Shown: positions 9,215 to 17,643, counted from the stretch's first letter. The stretch: 27,362 nt of DNA from a virus (IMGVR_UViG_3300039004_000023:1-27362); one strand, 5' to 3'. Numbers and translations are program-made. Notes: generated by a model not told the origin, from the sequence alone.

Positions 9215-9640
9215 TCATATAGCTTTCCATCCGAACATTCTAACACCTAGATACCAGTAACCAGCTCTCCACCATGAAAAACCAGCCTTGCGAAGGTCTT
9301 GGTATAAGCGCTTATCTGCTACAGCCCTTAAGTCTGTTGCGGCAGTCCCTTCTTCTATTAGAAAGTATAAAGCATCATGTAAAGCTGTTGCTTTTTGTGT
9401 ATTAGCATAATCAGGGATAGCATTAGCACCGTTCCATTTAAAGCCGCGCTTTAATTCAAAGCGGGTATAGCAGTTGCCTTGTGTATCTTCAATAAGAACA
9501 GCATGCATAAAGTCTGTTAAATAGGATATTCGAGGTGATATTTCAAGATACTTAAATATATTAAAATCTAATATATAAGGTAAATCATCTGTCAATTCAT
9601 ACTTAAATTCTGGATGATTGATTATTTTATAACTAATCAT
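9215..9640 (-). CDS. DUF1353-like protein
   Basis: 141 aa, 'GF.W.GA..IP', 'A..LHDALY', 'AD..LY..L...G.SWWR....Y.GVR.FG'. Confidence 0.65.
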   Translation of the reverse strand: MISYKIINHPEFKYELTDDLPYILDFNIFKYLEISPRISYLTDFMHAVLIEDTQGNCYTRFELKRGFKWNGANAIPDYANTQKATALHDALYFLIEEGTAATDLRAVADKRLYQDLRKAGFSWWRAGYWYLGVRMFGWKAI

Positions 9641-9645
9641 AGATG

Positions 9646-10197
9646 TTAACCTAACAAGGTTACTACATTATTTAATTTTTTAGATCTATCTGATAGGATA
9701 GTAGAGCCTAAACCAGTACCACCACCACGTCTAGATTTTTCTTTATTTACCACTCCTGTAGAAGCCAATTTACCTGCATTACTAAGCCTTCTCTTTTTTT
9801 CGGCTTGTATTAAAGCTTCATTTTTATTTTGTGGTTCTTTAGCTTCAGCTAAGCCTGCTGATGTTTTAAGCCCTGGTAACCTTTCCTTGATTTCGCTTAG
9901 TTTTGTTGAGGTTTCGGCTATCTCTGTAGAAAGAGTATTTCTAGCAGTAAATGATTCATCAAGTTTTCTTCGTAGTTCTACATTTGATTTTTGAAATGCC
10001 TGGTTAGATTGTTCGAACGCACGCTGAGCTGCTGTTTCAGTATTAAACGAACTTTGTAGTTCTTTAGAAACGCTACGCTGCTGGCCTAATGTGATTTCAC
10101 CTTGCTGTAGTGACTTTTTTTGTTTGTCGCGTGTTGCGAATAATTGCTTAAAGTCGCTAACTTCTAGGTATGTTATTTCACCTTTAGTAAACGCCAT
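9646..10197 (-). CDS. Coiled-coil virion-associated protein, C-terminal VTLLG motif
   Basis: 183 aa; coiled coil, then 'RRGGGTGLGSTILS...NVVTLLG'. Confidence 0.55.
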   Translation of the reverse strand: MAFTKGEITYLEVSDFKQLFATRDKQKKSLQQGEITLGQQRSVSKELQSSFNTETAAQRAFEQSNQAFQKSNVELRRKLDESFTARNTLSTEIAETSTKLSEIKERLPGLKTSAGLAEAKEPQNKNEALIQAEKKRRLSNAGKLASTGVVNKEKSRRGGGTGLGSTILSDRSKKLNNVVTLLG

Positions 10198-10200
10198 AGT

Positions 10201-10746
10201 TTAACCTATCAATGTAATGCCAGATTTATTACTACTTAATGCTGTAGCTGATGAGCCTGAACCACCTCCACGCCTACCCCTAAAGTTTTGCGCAGAAGTT
10301 GTGCCTCTACCTCCACGTCTTTTATCCCGCTTTAACGAAGCTTGTATCCTGACATCTTGTTGGGCTTGTGTTAACTCTTGGGTTTTTGCGTTTTTAGTAG
10401 CTTCTAGATTAGCCCTTTCTTGAAAGGACGCATTTAACTGATCTCTGAGTGATTTATTAGTCTCTGATAATTGTTTATTAACCTGCTGAGAACCCTGATT
10501 GATATTTCTCTGCTGAATAATAGAGTTATGTAATTGCCTATTGTAGGCATCTAACTGCCTTATCTCTGTACTTTTTTGTTGGATAGTTTGGGTATCGCGG
10601 TCAACTTCACCCCTAATAGCACCGTATACAGAAGCTCTATTAATACCATACTGGCGAACAAACTCCCTATCAGCTTTTGTTTTTGTACCAAACCTACTTG
10701 CTAATTGAATATAACCTTTTCCTATTAATTCCTGAATACTTGCCAT
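10201..10746 (-). CDS. Coiled-coil virion-associated protein, C-terminal ITLIG motif
   Basis: 181 aa; coiled coil 'LRDQLNASFQERANL' resembles the neighbour's 'LRRKLDESFTARNTL'; ends 'RRGGGSGSSATALS...GITLIG'. Confidence 0.55.
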   Translation of the reverse strand: MASIQELIGKGYIQLASRFGTKTKADREFVRQYGINRASVYGAIRGEVDRDTQTIQQKSTEIRQLDAYNRQLHNSIIQQRNINQGSQQVNKQLSETNKSLRDQLNASFQERANLEATKNAKTQELTQAQQDVRIQASLKRDKRRGGRGTTSAQNFRGRRGGGSGSSATALSSNKSGITLIG

Positions 10747-10753
10747 AATGCAC

Positions 10754-11248
10754 CTACGATAACAAAGTTACTAAATTGGTTGGGCTACCATCAGTTTTGT
10801 CTACTGATGATAATCTTTGATCTTGTTTTTCAGCTGACTTTCTTGATCTTATTCGCCTTGCACGCTCTTTCGCTTGTGATTCATCACGTCTTTGTTGGTC
10901 TATATCATCTTTTTGCCCAGCGGCAACATTTGAAACAGCAGGCTTTTCAGTAACTGGTTTTTCCTGAATAGTAGAGCTGAATGATTCACTTGGCATAGAT
11001 AGTTGCGGCGGCGGTGGGGCATATTGTATAGGTGGAGGTGGAGCTAACTGTGGTGGTGTAGGTGGTGTAGCTGAAGCGCCAGTATCTCCGCCTGGAGACA
11101 ATGAACCTAGTAGGCTTTGCCCAACAAGTCCTACACCTAAGCTAACTAATGCGCCACCAGCTAAAGCTGCAAAACTGGTAGCAGCAGCACCGGCGCCTAT
11201 AAAAGAACCACCAGCGATTGCTGCTGCACCTAGTGCTATACCACCCAT
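10754..11248 (-). CDS. Gly/Ala-rich, Pro-rich putative virion/ejection protein, C-terminal VTLLS
   Basis: 164 aa; hydrophobic G/A N-terminus, poly-Pro linker, basic helix, ends 'NLVTLLS'. Confidence 0.55.
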   Translation of the reverse strand: MGGIALGAAAIAGGSFIGAGAAATSFAALAGGALVSLGVGLVGQSLLGSLSPGGDTGASATPPTPPQLAPPPPIQYAPPPPQLSMPSESFSSTIQEKPVTEKPAVSNVAAGQKDDIDQQRRDESQAKERARRIRSRKSAEKQDQRLSSVDKTDGSPTNLVTLLS

Positions 11249-11710
11249 TTATAACTCCTTCACATATACCTTGTCGGATAATGTCATATTTAATCTACGC
11301 ATCATTATAGACAAATCCTTACTAGAATTCTCTACTAATTGCAAGTAATTGACACGATATTTGAATCTTAAGCGTTTTTCGGCAAACCTGATCAACTTAA
11401 AAATAGCGAAAGGGTTGCTCTCTCTGTACTTTGGTACAATATATAAAACATCAGATATTGCGAAACGTTTCATGGCGTAATGCGGGTGCTGATAAATAGT
11501 AAAGCCAGCATACCCAACTATTTCGCCGTCATCATCTTCCACAACAAACCCAACATACACATGATGTGATTGCATATACTCATATGAGTCATAGGCTATA
11601 TCTAACTCCTTAGGCCCGCCATTCATACCAAGCTCGTCATGCTGCTCCTGAAGGAATGGCTTTAATTTCTCCCAGTAATACTTGTCTAACTTAATCTCTT
11701 CTATATTCAT
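11249..11710 (-). CDS. GNAT-fold acyltransferase
   Basis: 153 aa, 'DGEIVGY', 'HPHY', 'SDVLYIVPKYR', 'KLIRFAEK' (motif A-like, degenerate G loop). Confidence 0.7.
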   Translation of the reverse strand: MNIEEIKLDKYYWEKLKPFLQEQHDELGMNGGPKELDIAYDSYEYMQSHHVYVGFVVEDDDGEIVGYAGFTIYQHPHYAMKRFAISDVLYIVPKYRESNPFAIFKLIRFAEKRLRFKYRVNYLQLVENSSKDLSIMMRRLNMTLSDKVYVKEL

Positions 11711-13071
11711 GCTAATGGGTCAAACTCGCTAATAACTTGAAGTTGTGAGACGCGCTGTCTCTCGAATCTATCTAGCTGTTGAGATAGCAAGGCTTCTGTG
11801 CGCAAAGCATCGGCACCATGGCTTGCATCATCATGGATTGGGGTATCACTAAATGCTTGAACTTCCTTATTCCATTTCTTTCTATAGTTAGCTAAATGCT
11901 CAACACCTACAAAACACTTTTCGTAATTAAAGTAATACCTATGAAAGCGTTTCTTAACACTATTGATACCGTCTTGAAGGGGTAATTTATCTGCCTTGGT
12001 AACTCTACCAGAAACATTGTTTGCAGCTAATAAGGTGGATAGAAGGTTAACAGTACTGTAAGGGGAGTGCTGGTTTTTTCTCACTCCATCCCAAGGTAAG
12101 CCGTGGGATGCGTAATTGTTGTACGGCTTATTGTACAAGACTTCAACATAATGCATTAAATCCTTGTCGCGCTCTTCATAGTAATCTATAAAAATTATTT
12201 TGGAATCAACATATTGCGCGAACCAGATAGCAGTATGGTCGTTACGGCCTAAGTCCCAAAAAGTATATACAGGCACATTAGGGTTATAAGGGAATTCACC
12301 TATACGCTCTTCTGCTCTAGCCCGGTTAATCTGGTCAGCGTAGTAAGCGCCTTTAATACCAGCTGTGTAGGATACGCCATATTCTTGGCAAATATGGTCC
12401 CAGTCCGTACCCATCTCCATCTCTTGCTGGATATTCTCTTGTGAATGCACTGGGTAGTAGTTGGGCTTTTCAGGCCAGAGTGTTTGTACTTCCGAATTAA
12501 ACCAATAGTCTAAATCTTTGATTTTTTCTTCAAGCTTATAGAATTGATTATCTTTTCCCCTAGGCGTGCTGTTGATAATAATCCATCCGTCATTCTCGGA
12601 AAGCATGGGCGACATATAAGCATATGCTTCAGGGTTAGTAACCGCATACTCGGACATAACGATACCGCGTGGTCCAGGGCCTACTATGGTATCAAGATCT
12701 TCGCAACCAATCACACGGATAATACTGTTATTTGTTAGCTCTAGGCGTAATTTTTTATTGTCCTGACGCTTGATTAATTTGGATGGAATGAGTTCTAAGT
12801 ATTTAGTGCCATGCTTCGTCATGCCTTCCCAAAGCGCTTTTTCACCCTGGGAATAAGTTGGGAATAGGTAGTAATAAACGCCAGGTTGCCGAACAGCTTC
12901 CTTAACCATATAAGCGAAACAGGCAAGGTCTTTACCGGAACGACGGCACCAGCGGATAAGAGCTTTTCTAATTTTTGTTTCTGGTTTCCCTTCAACACCA
13001 TCTAAGGCTTGGAATAGTTTTAGTTGGTAATCTCTCGGGCTAAAATTCTGTGGGACTAGTATCTGGGCCAT
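11707..13071 (-). CDS. terL: Terminase large subunit
   Basis: 'RDYQ', Walker A 'RRSGKD', Walker B 'VMSEYA', 'STPRG', nuclease 'WDLG..D', 'SHGADA'. Probable start MAQIL at 13071 (ORF track starts at 13104). Confidence 0.92.
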   Translation of the reverse strand: MAQILVPQNFSPRDYQLKLFQALDGVEGKPETKIRKALIRWCRRSGKDLACFAYMVKEAVRQPGVYYYLFPTYSQGEKALWEGMTKHGTKYLELIPSKLIKRQDNKKLRLELTNNSIIRVIGCEDLDTIVGPGPRGIVMSEYAVTNPEAYAYMSPMLSENDGWIIINSTPRGKDNQFYKLEEKIKDLDYWFNSEVQTLWPEKPNYYPVHSQENIQQEMEMGTDWDHICQEYGVSYTAGIKGAYYADQINRARAEERIGEFPYNPNVPVYTFWDLGRNDHTAIWFAQYVDSKIIFIDYYEERDKDLMHYVEVLYNKPYNNYASHGLPWDGVRKNQHSPYSTVNLLSTLLAANNVSGRVTKADKLPLQDGINSVKKRFHRYYFNYEKCFVGVEHLANYRKKWNKEVQAFSDTPIHDDASHGADALRTEALLSQQLDRFERQRVSQLQVISEFDPLA

Positions 13072-13558
13072 ATAGTTCGCCAATAAAATCAGAATATTCC
13101 GCATATTCTAACTCCTTTTGGCGATAAGCAATAGCTTCCTTCTTAGTGGAGAATGCTTTAGTTGACTATTTACCTGAAATACTTATTCTAACAATATAGG
13201 GTTTTCTTCTACCTTCATTCCGATATGTTATATATCTTAAGCCGGTTTTGCTATTCCGGTATACTTTAGTGTTATATGAGTTTTCTTTATCTGTTGCAGC
13301 CCTAAGATTGGTGATCCTATTATCGCTAGGATTCCTATTAATATGATCTATAATATTAGGCTCGCAACCGTGGTATAACTTATATATTAACCGGTGCACT
13401 TTATAGTGATTCCCATCTATTGATGCACGCCTATAACCAAGATCATCCCCCCATCCAATTTCCTTTTTAGTTGATAAATCTATAAGCGCCCCAGTCTCTG
13501 GATTATACTCAAAGCGCCTAGCTAGCTCATTCTGAGTCAGGTGTATTTTTTTCGCCAT
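13040..13558 (-). pseudogene. HNH homing endonuclease interrupted by an in-frame TAG (13166-13168)
   Basis: 'YNPETG', 'HRLIY', 'DHINRNPSDNRITNLR'. The frame continues after TAG as STKAFSTKKEAIAYRQKELE... to a stop at 13040, giving 172 codons, similar to the 173-aa paralog. Confidence 0.75.
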
Positions 13559-13835
13559 ATAATCTCTTTAAAACCTCCTTTAATAACTCCTTCTCAGTAC
13601 CATATTTAGCCTCAAACATGCGGGGTGATGCATGAAATGCAACTCCAGGCCCGCCATACTGATGGTGTATATGACAGAGAGGTATTACTTCCATCCAGGT
13701 TGCTCTCTGCGCCATACCTTGACCTGCCCTAATATGATGTAAACAAGCTGGTGTACCATAATTTCCGTCCTTCTCGCAGGCTATACAACCAAGTTTAGCA
13801 ACTCTATCAAGGTGTTCGCGTTCTCTAATCTTCAT
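13527..13835 (-). CDS. Ref-like (recombination enhancement, RecA-dependent) HNH nuclease
   Basis: 'LGCIAC', 'HHIRAGQGMAQRA', 'IPLCHIHH', 'FE..YGTE.ELL'. Confidence 0.8.
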   Translation of the reverse strand: MKIREREHLDRVAKLGCIACEKDGNYGTPACLHHIRAGQGMAQRATWMEVIPLCHIHHQYGGPGVAFHASPRMFEAKYGTEKELLKEVLKRLYGEKNTPDSE

Positions 13836-13998
13836 CTATATCATCAAAGTCCTTCATATATACGTAATATTCATCATGAAACTCTAAAGCTAGTACGGCA
13901 TTTAGAACAACGTAGCATATTGCCGTAAAAACGCTATGTGGGTAAGTTGTGGTAAATAATAGAATTGCGTTAAATAATATTCCCATAAATATAATCAT
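13825..13998 (-). CDS. Small two-TM membrane protein
   Basis: Likely start MIIF at 13998 (ATGA overlap with upstream stop); two hydrophobic segments and an acidic tail. Confidence 0.55.
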   Translation of the reverse strand: MIIFMGILFNAILLFTTTYPHSVFTAICYVVLNAVLALEFHDEYYVYMKDFDDIDED

Positions 13999-14597
13999 GA
14001 CATACTCATTAGTTGGTGAATGGCGTCCTGGCATTCTTGTTTATTTTCAAAGACTTGACTTAGAATAAAGTTCCAGACAACACCAAACGCTAGTTTATAA
14101 AATTGGTTAAATTCATCTTGGTTCATTTTACTAAAACTAATTGATTGCGCTTTCTTCTTTATACCTCCAGGTGTCACAATTACATCATAATATCCAGCCT
14201 CAATTTTAACCCATTCATGAAGCTGTTCCTTGGTTAATGTCGGGCAAGCCTCTATATATTTCCTTCTGTTATATTTTTTGTTATCTATAAAACTATTCGC
14301 TACATCCCTCAAAACTGATTGGTCGCCCGCGTACTTGCATAGGTATTCGGTATACTCCCTTACTATAGCTTCCTCCGCACTCGAAACCAATCCGCCCGTA
14401 GGCTCCCAGTATTCTAGTGCCATACCTAACAGGCCACCGAAATATAGTTTGTGATGTTGGATAGATCGGGGTTTGCATTTTTTATAACGGACCTCAATGG
14501 TTTCGCCTAGACTGATATCTTCTAGGATATCCTTGTCGTAGTCAGTGGCAGGCATAAGTATGTGACCTGCCTGTCGGGTAAGTTTAACTTGTTTCAT
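13995..14597 (-). CDS. DUF1367 family protein (nin-region type)
   Basis: 'L.PAT..D', 'R...HH', 'EYWEPTGG', 'WV..EAGYY', 'SISF.KM.Q.EF...Y'. Confidence 0.8.
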   Translation of the reverse strand: MKQVKLTRQAGHILMPATDYDKDILEDISLGETIEVRYKKCKPRSIQHHKLYFGGLLGMALEYWEPTGGLVSSAEEAIVREYTEYLCKYAGDQSVLRDVANSFIDNKKYNRRKYIEACPTLTKEQLHEWVKIEAGYYDVIVTPGGIKKKAQSISFSKMNQDEFNQFYKLAFGVVWNFILSQVFENKQECQDAIHQLMSMS

Positions 14598-14899
14598 TTT
14601 ACCTTTTCTTCTAGCACTATTGTTTTCATGATTTTAGCAATCGTGCCTGTGATAAGATCACCTAGTAGGTCATCAAGTAATACTGATCTAGTTCGCTCCA
14701 GTGTAGCAAGACTTAACTTCTTACGAATCATAAGTTTGCGACTCATACAAGTTACAATCAAAAGCAAAGATTTATTATCATCCGACATACGGCATTTACA
14801 GGTAAAATCTATAAACGGATATAATTCATTTACGTTACGGAATGATTTAGAGTTATGTACTCTTTGATACTGCCTGGATATTTCTTCCGAATTACTCAT
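14594..14899 (-). CDS. Hypothetical protein
   Basis: 101 aa, ATGA-coupled at both ends. Confidence 0.6.
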   Translation of the reverse strand: MSNSEEISRQYQRVHNSKSFRNVNELYPFIDFTCKCRMSDDNKSLLLIVTCMSRKLMIRKKLSLATLERTRSVLLDDLLGDLITGTIAKIMKTIVLEEKVK

Positions 14900-15561
14900 A
14901 ACAGCCCTAACCCTTTAAGCTGATCTATCTTTCTGCGCTTGTAATCCTGTATGCCTAATTCATACAGCGCACCCTCCAGAGTCATAGTAAAGTATGACGT
15001 TCTGGACCTAAGTTTCGCGATATAATTATCATCTCTATAAACACGCCTGATTATTATTCTATTCTCATTCTCTATGGCAGGGCAATACGAAATAAAGTCA
15101 CACCATTCTCGCTCATTCACCATGAGATTACCTTGAATTTGAGGCAGGTATTCAGCTGGTACCTTAGTGTCAAAAAAGCGCTCTATTTGCTTCTGTGGGT
15201 TAAAGGCTGTCTTTACCTCTATCATACCGTCCTTATCTATAAGCCCGTCAGGACTAGCCCCGATCAAATTATTGTCCTTATCTATAATGATAGGGACGCG
15301 ATCTACTTCTACTTCATTAATAAATTCGTATGCCAAAATGGCACCTGGTTCATTCTCTATACCGTAATCCAGTGGCTTAGCTGATATCTGCTTAATCTGG
15401 CCGGTCATAGCCTCGGTGCATTTTTTATAGAGAAGTGAACGAAAGGACGCTGAGAACTCGTCAGACTTGTTTCTAGCTTTCTTCATTACTTCACTGAACT
15501 CTGAGGCAGTTAGTAGTCCACACTTAGCCTGAAACCACGAATCACTATTCTGTTCAAACAT
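14896..15561 (-). CDS. YqaJ/lambda-exonuclease family protein
   Basis: 'QNSDSWF..KCG.LTAS', 'G.ENEP.A', 'GASPDGL', 'IEVK', 'Y.PQIQG', 'WCDFISY'. Confidence 0.9.
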   Translation of the reverse strand: MFEQNSDSWFQAKCGLLTASEFSEVMKKARNKSDEFSASFRSLLYKKCTEAMTGQIKQISAKPLDYGIENEPGAILAYEFINEVEVDRVPIIIDKDNNLIGASPDGLIDKDGMIEVKTAFNPQKQIERFFDTKVPAEYLPQIQGNLMVNEREWCDFISYCPAIENENRIIIRRVYRDDNYIAKLRSRTSYFTMTLEGALYELGIQDYKRRKIDQLKGLGLL

Positions 15562-15563
15562 AG

Positions 15564-16085
15564 CTATTTACCATGCCTGTTTGTGTAATTACGTTTTTTT
15601 ATTTCCCTCTCTCTATGCTCGATAGCTTCATTAAGGGTTACAAATGATTTAGCCTTTAGTATCCCGTCGTCATACCATCTCGCTTCATAAGGCTTAAACC
15701 TGTGCGGCCCTATATACCTTACCCCTGTAATTCCTGATGTATTATCTTTACGCTTAGATGAATTTCTTACATTGATTTTTGGTGTGGCGGCTCTAAGGTT
15801 CTCAATCTTATTGTTTGATCGGTTGCCATCTATATGATCTATTTGTTCAGGCTCTTTATTATGAATTAGTTTAAAGATAATTCGGTGCGCTCTGTAATTA
15901 CGCGTGTTTAAACGTATTTGAATGTAACCACTATGAAGTTGACATCCTGCAATCTGACCAGCAAACCTATCGTTCCATGCAGTAAGCCTATCACTCCTAG
16001 TATTCCATATTAGACTTCCATTATCATAATTATAAGTAAAAATTTCCTTTAATTGAGTTTGGGTATAAGGTATTAATTTAAACAT
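15564..16085 (-). CDS. HNH homing endonuclease with C-terminal DNA-binding domain
   Basis: 'YRAHRII', 'IDHIDGNRSNNKIENLR', 'NTSGITGV', 'F.TLNEAI..R', 'YT.RHG'. Confidence 0.88.
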   Translation of the reverse strand: MFKLIPYTQTQLKEIFTYNYDNGSLIWNTRSDRLTAWNDRFAGQIAGCQLHSGYIQIRLNTRNYRAHRIIFKLIHNKEPEQIDHIDGNRSNNKIENLRAATPKINVRNSSKRKDNTSGITGVRYIGPHRFKPYEARWYDDGILKAKSFVTLNEAIEHREREIKKRNYTNRHGK

Positions 16086-16093
16086 TTTCTTCC

Positions 16094-16213
16094 TTAGTCA
16101 TAACGGCAGCTCTCACAGCTTCTTCCCACTAAAACTCCGCTATCAGCATCATATTCAAATAGTTCTTTTAATTTACACTGTGAGTAAGGAATATCCTTAC
16201 ATATTTTATTCAT
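16094..16213 (-). pseudogene. Truncated HNH endonuclease remnant (39 aa)
   Basis: MNKICKDIPYSQCKLKELFEYDADSGVLV... aligns with the neighbour's IPYTQTQLKEIFTYNYDNGSLIW; ATGA-coupled to the upstream gene. Confidence 0.7.
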
Positions 16214-16506
16214 AACACCCAAAACCTAACATTGCAGTAGTAGAGTTTGTTGTCAGAAATAGTATTCCCGACATAATCTAAAAAGATAACATGTCCATTG
16301 TCAGGCACTTCCCAAGATTGAATTTGTTTTAACCAGACTGGCTTGTACTGAGAAGCGGCTAAGTAGCCACCCTCAGCTAAATAATAAAAATTATATTCGA
16401 GTAATGTATTAGGCTTCATAAAACGAGACTGGTCCATAGCCTCGAATATGATTAAATTTTCGTCTACAACATCACTCACTTTCTTCGGCTTGATTAGGTT
16501 CGTCAT
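16210..16506 (-). CDS. Hypothetical protein
   Basis: 98 aa, in operon. Confidence 0.6.
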   Translation of the reverse strand: MTNLIKPKKVSDVVDENLIIFEAMDQSRFMKPNTLLEYNFYYLAEGGYLAASQYKPVWLKQIQSWEVPDNGHVIFLDYVGNTISDNKLYYCNVRFWVL

Positions 16507-16699
16507 AGATCACCATTATATACCCCATTGTAAGTAGCTTGTGCGCTATTTGTATTAATTCATCCTGAGTAATTTTGCCCGGTTCATTCAAGGTTGCACA
16601 TATTTGCTTACACTCATAAATCACACTACCCATTAACCTAGGAGTGTACTCTTCAGGATTCTCCTGAGAGTTTTCACGTATTTGCGCAGAAACTTCCAA
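16472..16699 (-). CDS. Hypothetical helical protein (start uncertain, possible frameshift near 16710)
   Basis: 75 aa from a TTG without an RBS; ends 'DELIQIAHKLL'. Confidence 0.5.
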   Translation of the reverse strand: MEVSAQIRENSQENPEEYTPRLMGSVIYECKQICATLNEPGKITQDELIQIAHKLLTMGYIMVIYDEPNQAEESE

Positions 16700-16732
16700 A
16701 GCGTGATTTTTTGCACTATATCTTCTGCAAAC

Positions 16733-16951
16733 TTATAAGTCATCTTCTACTCTCTCTATGATTGCTAGTGATAAAATTGCTATATGATACGCTTGATCTT
16801 TAATAAGCTTTGTATCGCAGGCGCTTAAGGAATCAAAAATACTGCTAATAACCTCGGCACGTTCAAAAAAATCCGTTATTAAATCCTCAGGCTCTTGGTT
16901 AAAGGCCCTGTAGTTTGGTAAGTCATCAATGAGTGCTGTTATCTTTTTCAT
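16733..16951 (-). CDS. Hypothetical helical protein
   Basis: 72 aa, C-terminal 'HIAILSLAIIERVED' helix. Confidence 0.55.
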   Translation of the reverse strand: MKKITALIDDLPNYRAFNQEPEDLITDFFERAEVISSIFDSLSACDTKLIKDQAYHIAILSLAIIERVEDDL

Positions 16952-17207
16952 CTTCTTCCATAATAAAGGCTAGTGAGATTGCAAGAAATCTTTGAATTAT
17001 TTTCTCAATATCTTCTCTATCTACATATCCTCTTTCTTTGAATTCATCGTGTACATCTTTGATGGCAGTCATAAACACATTAGCAAGAAACTCATCTAAT
17101 GGCATACCTATGACTTCCGATTCTCCTTTAGCTTCTTTAAAAGCTTCCTTAGCTATTTTCAGGCTATAATCAAATATTTCTTTATTTACTTCCAGTAAAT
17201 CACCCAT
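16926..17207 (-). CDS. Hypothetical helical protein
   Basis: 93 aa, RBS AAGGAGG. Confidence 0.6.
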   Translation of the reverse strand: MGDLLEVNKEIFDYSLKIAKEAFKEAKGESEVIGMPLDEFLANVFMTAIKDVHDEFKERGYVDREDIEKIIQRFLAISLAFIMEEDEKDNSTH

Positions 17208-17589
17208 GTACCCTCCTTACTGTGTAGTCCCAGCCTCTACATAATTTCTTAACTGGTATGCCACAACTTGAATAATGTGATATCGGGTCAAAAAGACGAA
17301 ACCCTGTTTTCATATTAATTAAGGCGTAATGATCTAGCCCTGTGTTAGCTACTAACCAATACCCTTTTAGTTCTTCACCATTAAGGGTTAGGATAACCAT
17401 ATCACCACGGTCTAAGGTTTTCTCACCTGGAGATTCTGGTTTTAGGCATATGCTGTAGTAAGGTATACAGTGGTTTTTAAGGTCAATATCTACCCACTCA
17501 CCACTATAATCCTTACCCTCTATCGCAGCCCCGTCCCTAATATCCTTGAGGATATTCCAGTGATCCACTAAAAAATCTTGAAGAGTCAT
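17200..17589 (-). CDS. Hypothetical protein
   Basis: 129 aa, RBS GGAG, in operon. Confidence 0.6.
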   Translation of the reverse strand: MTLQDFLVDHWNILKDIRDGAAIEGKDYSGEWVDIDLKNHCIPYYSICLKPESPGEKTLDRGDMVILTLNGEELKGYWLVANTGLDHYALINMKTGFRLFDPISHYSSCGIPVKKLCRGWDYTVRRVHG

Positions 17590-17643
17590 TACATCTTCTC
17601 CCAGGTAGTACCGTCGTTAAGTATAAGATTAATAAGAACCATT

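Noticed and set aside
13166-13168. Genome-wide TAG recoding (code 15)
   Set aside because: Long genes are intact in code 11, and TAG ends several genes at logical positions (10754, 22898, 23527).
17589-17642. 17-codon minus-strand ORF MVLINLILNDGTTWEKM
   Set aside because: Fills the gap and is coupled to the next gene, but too short to support, and the nearest RBS is too distant.
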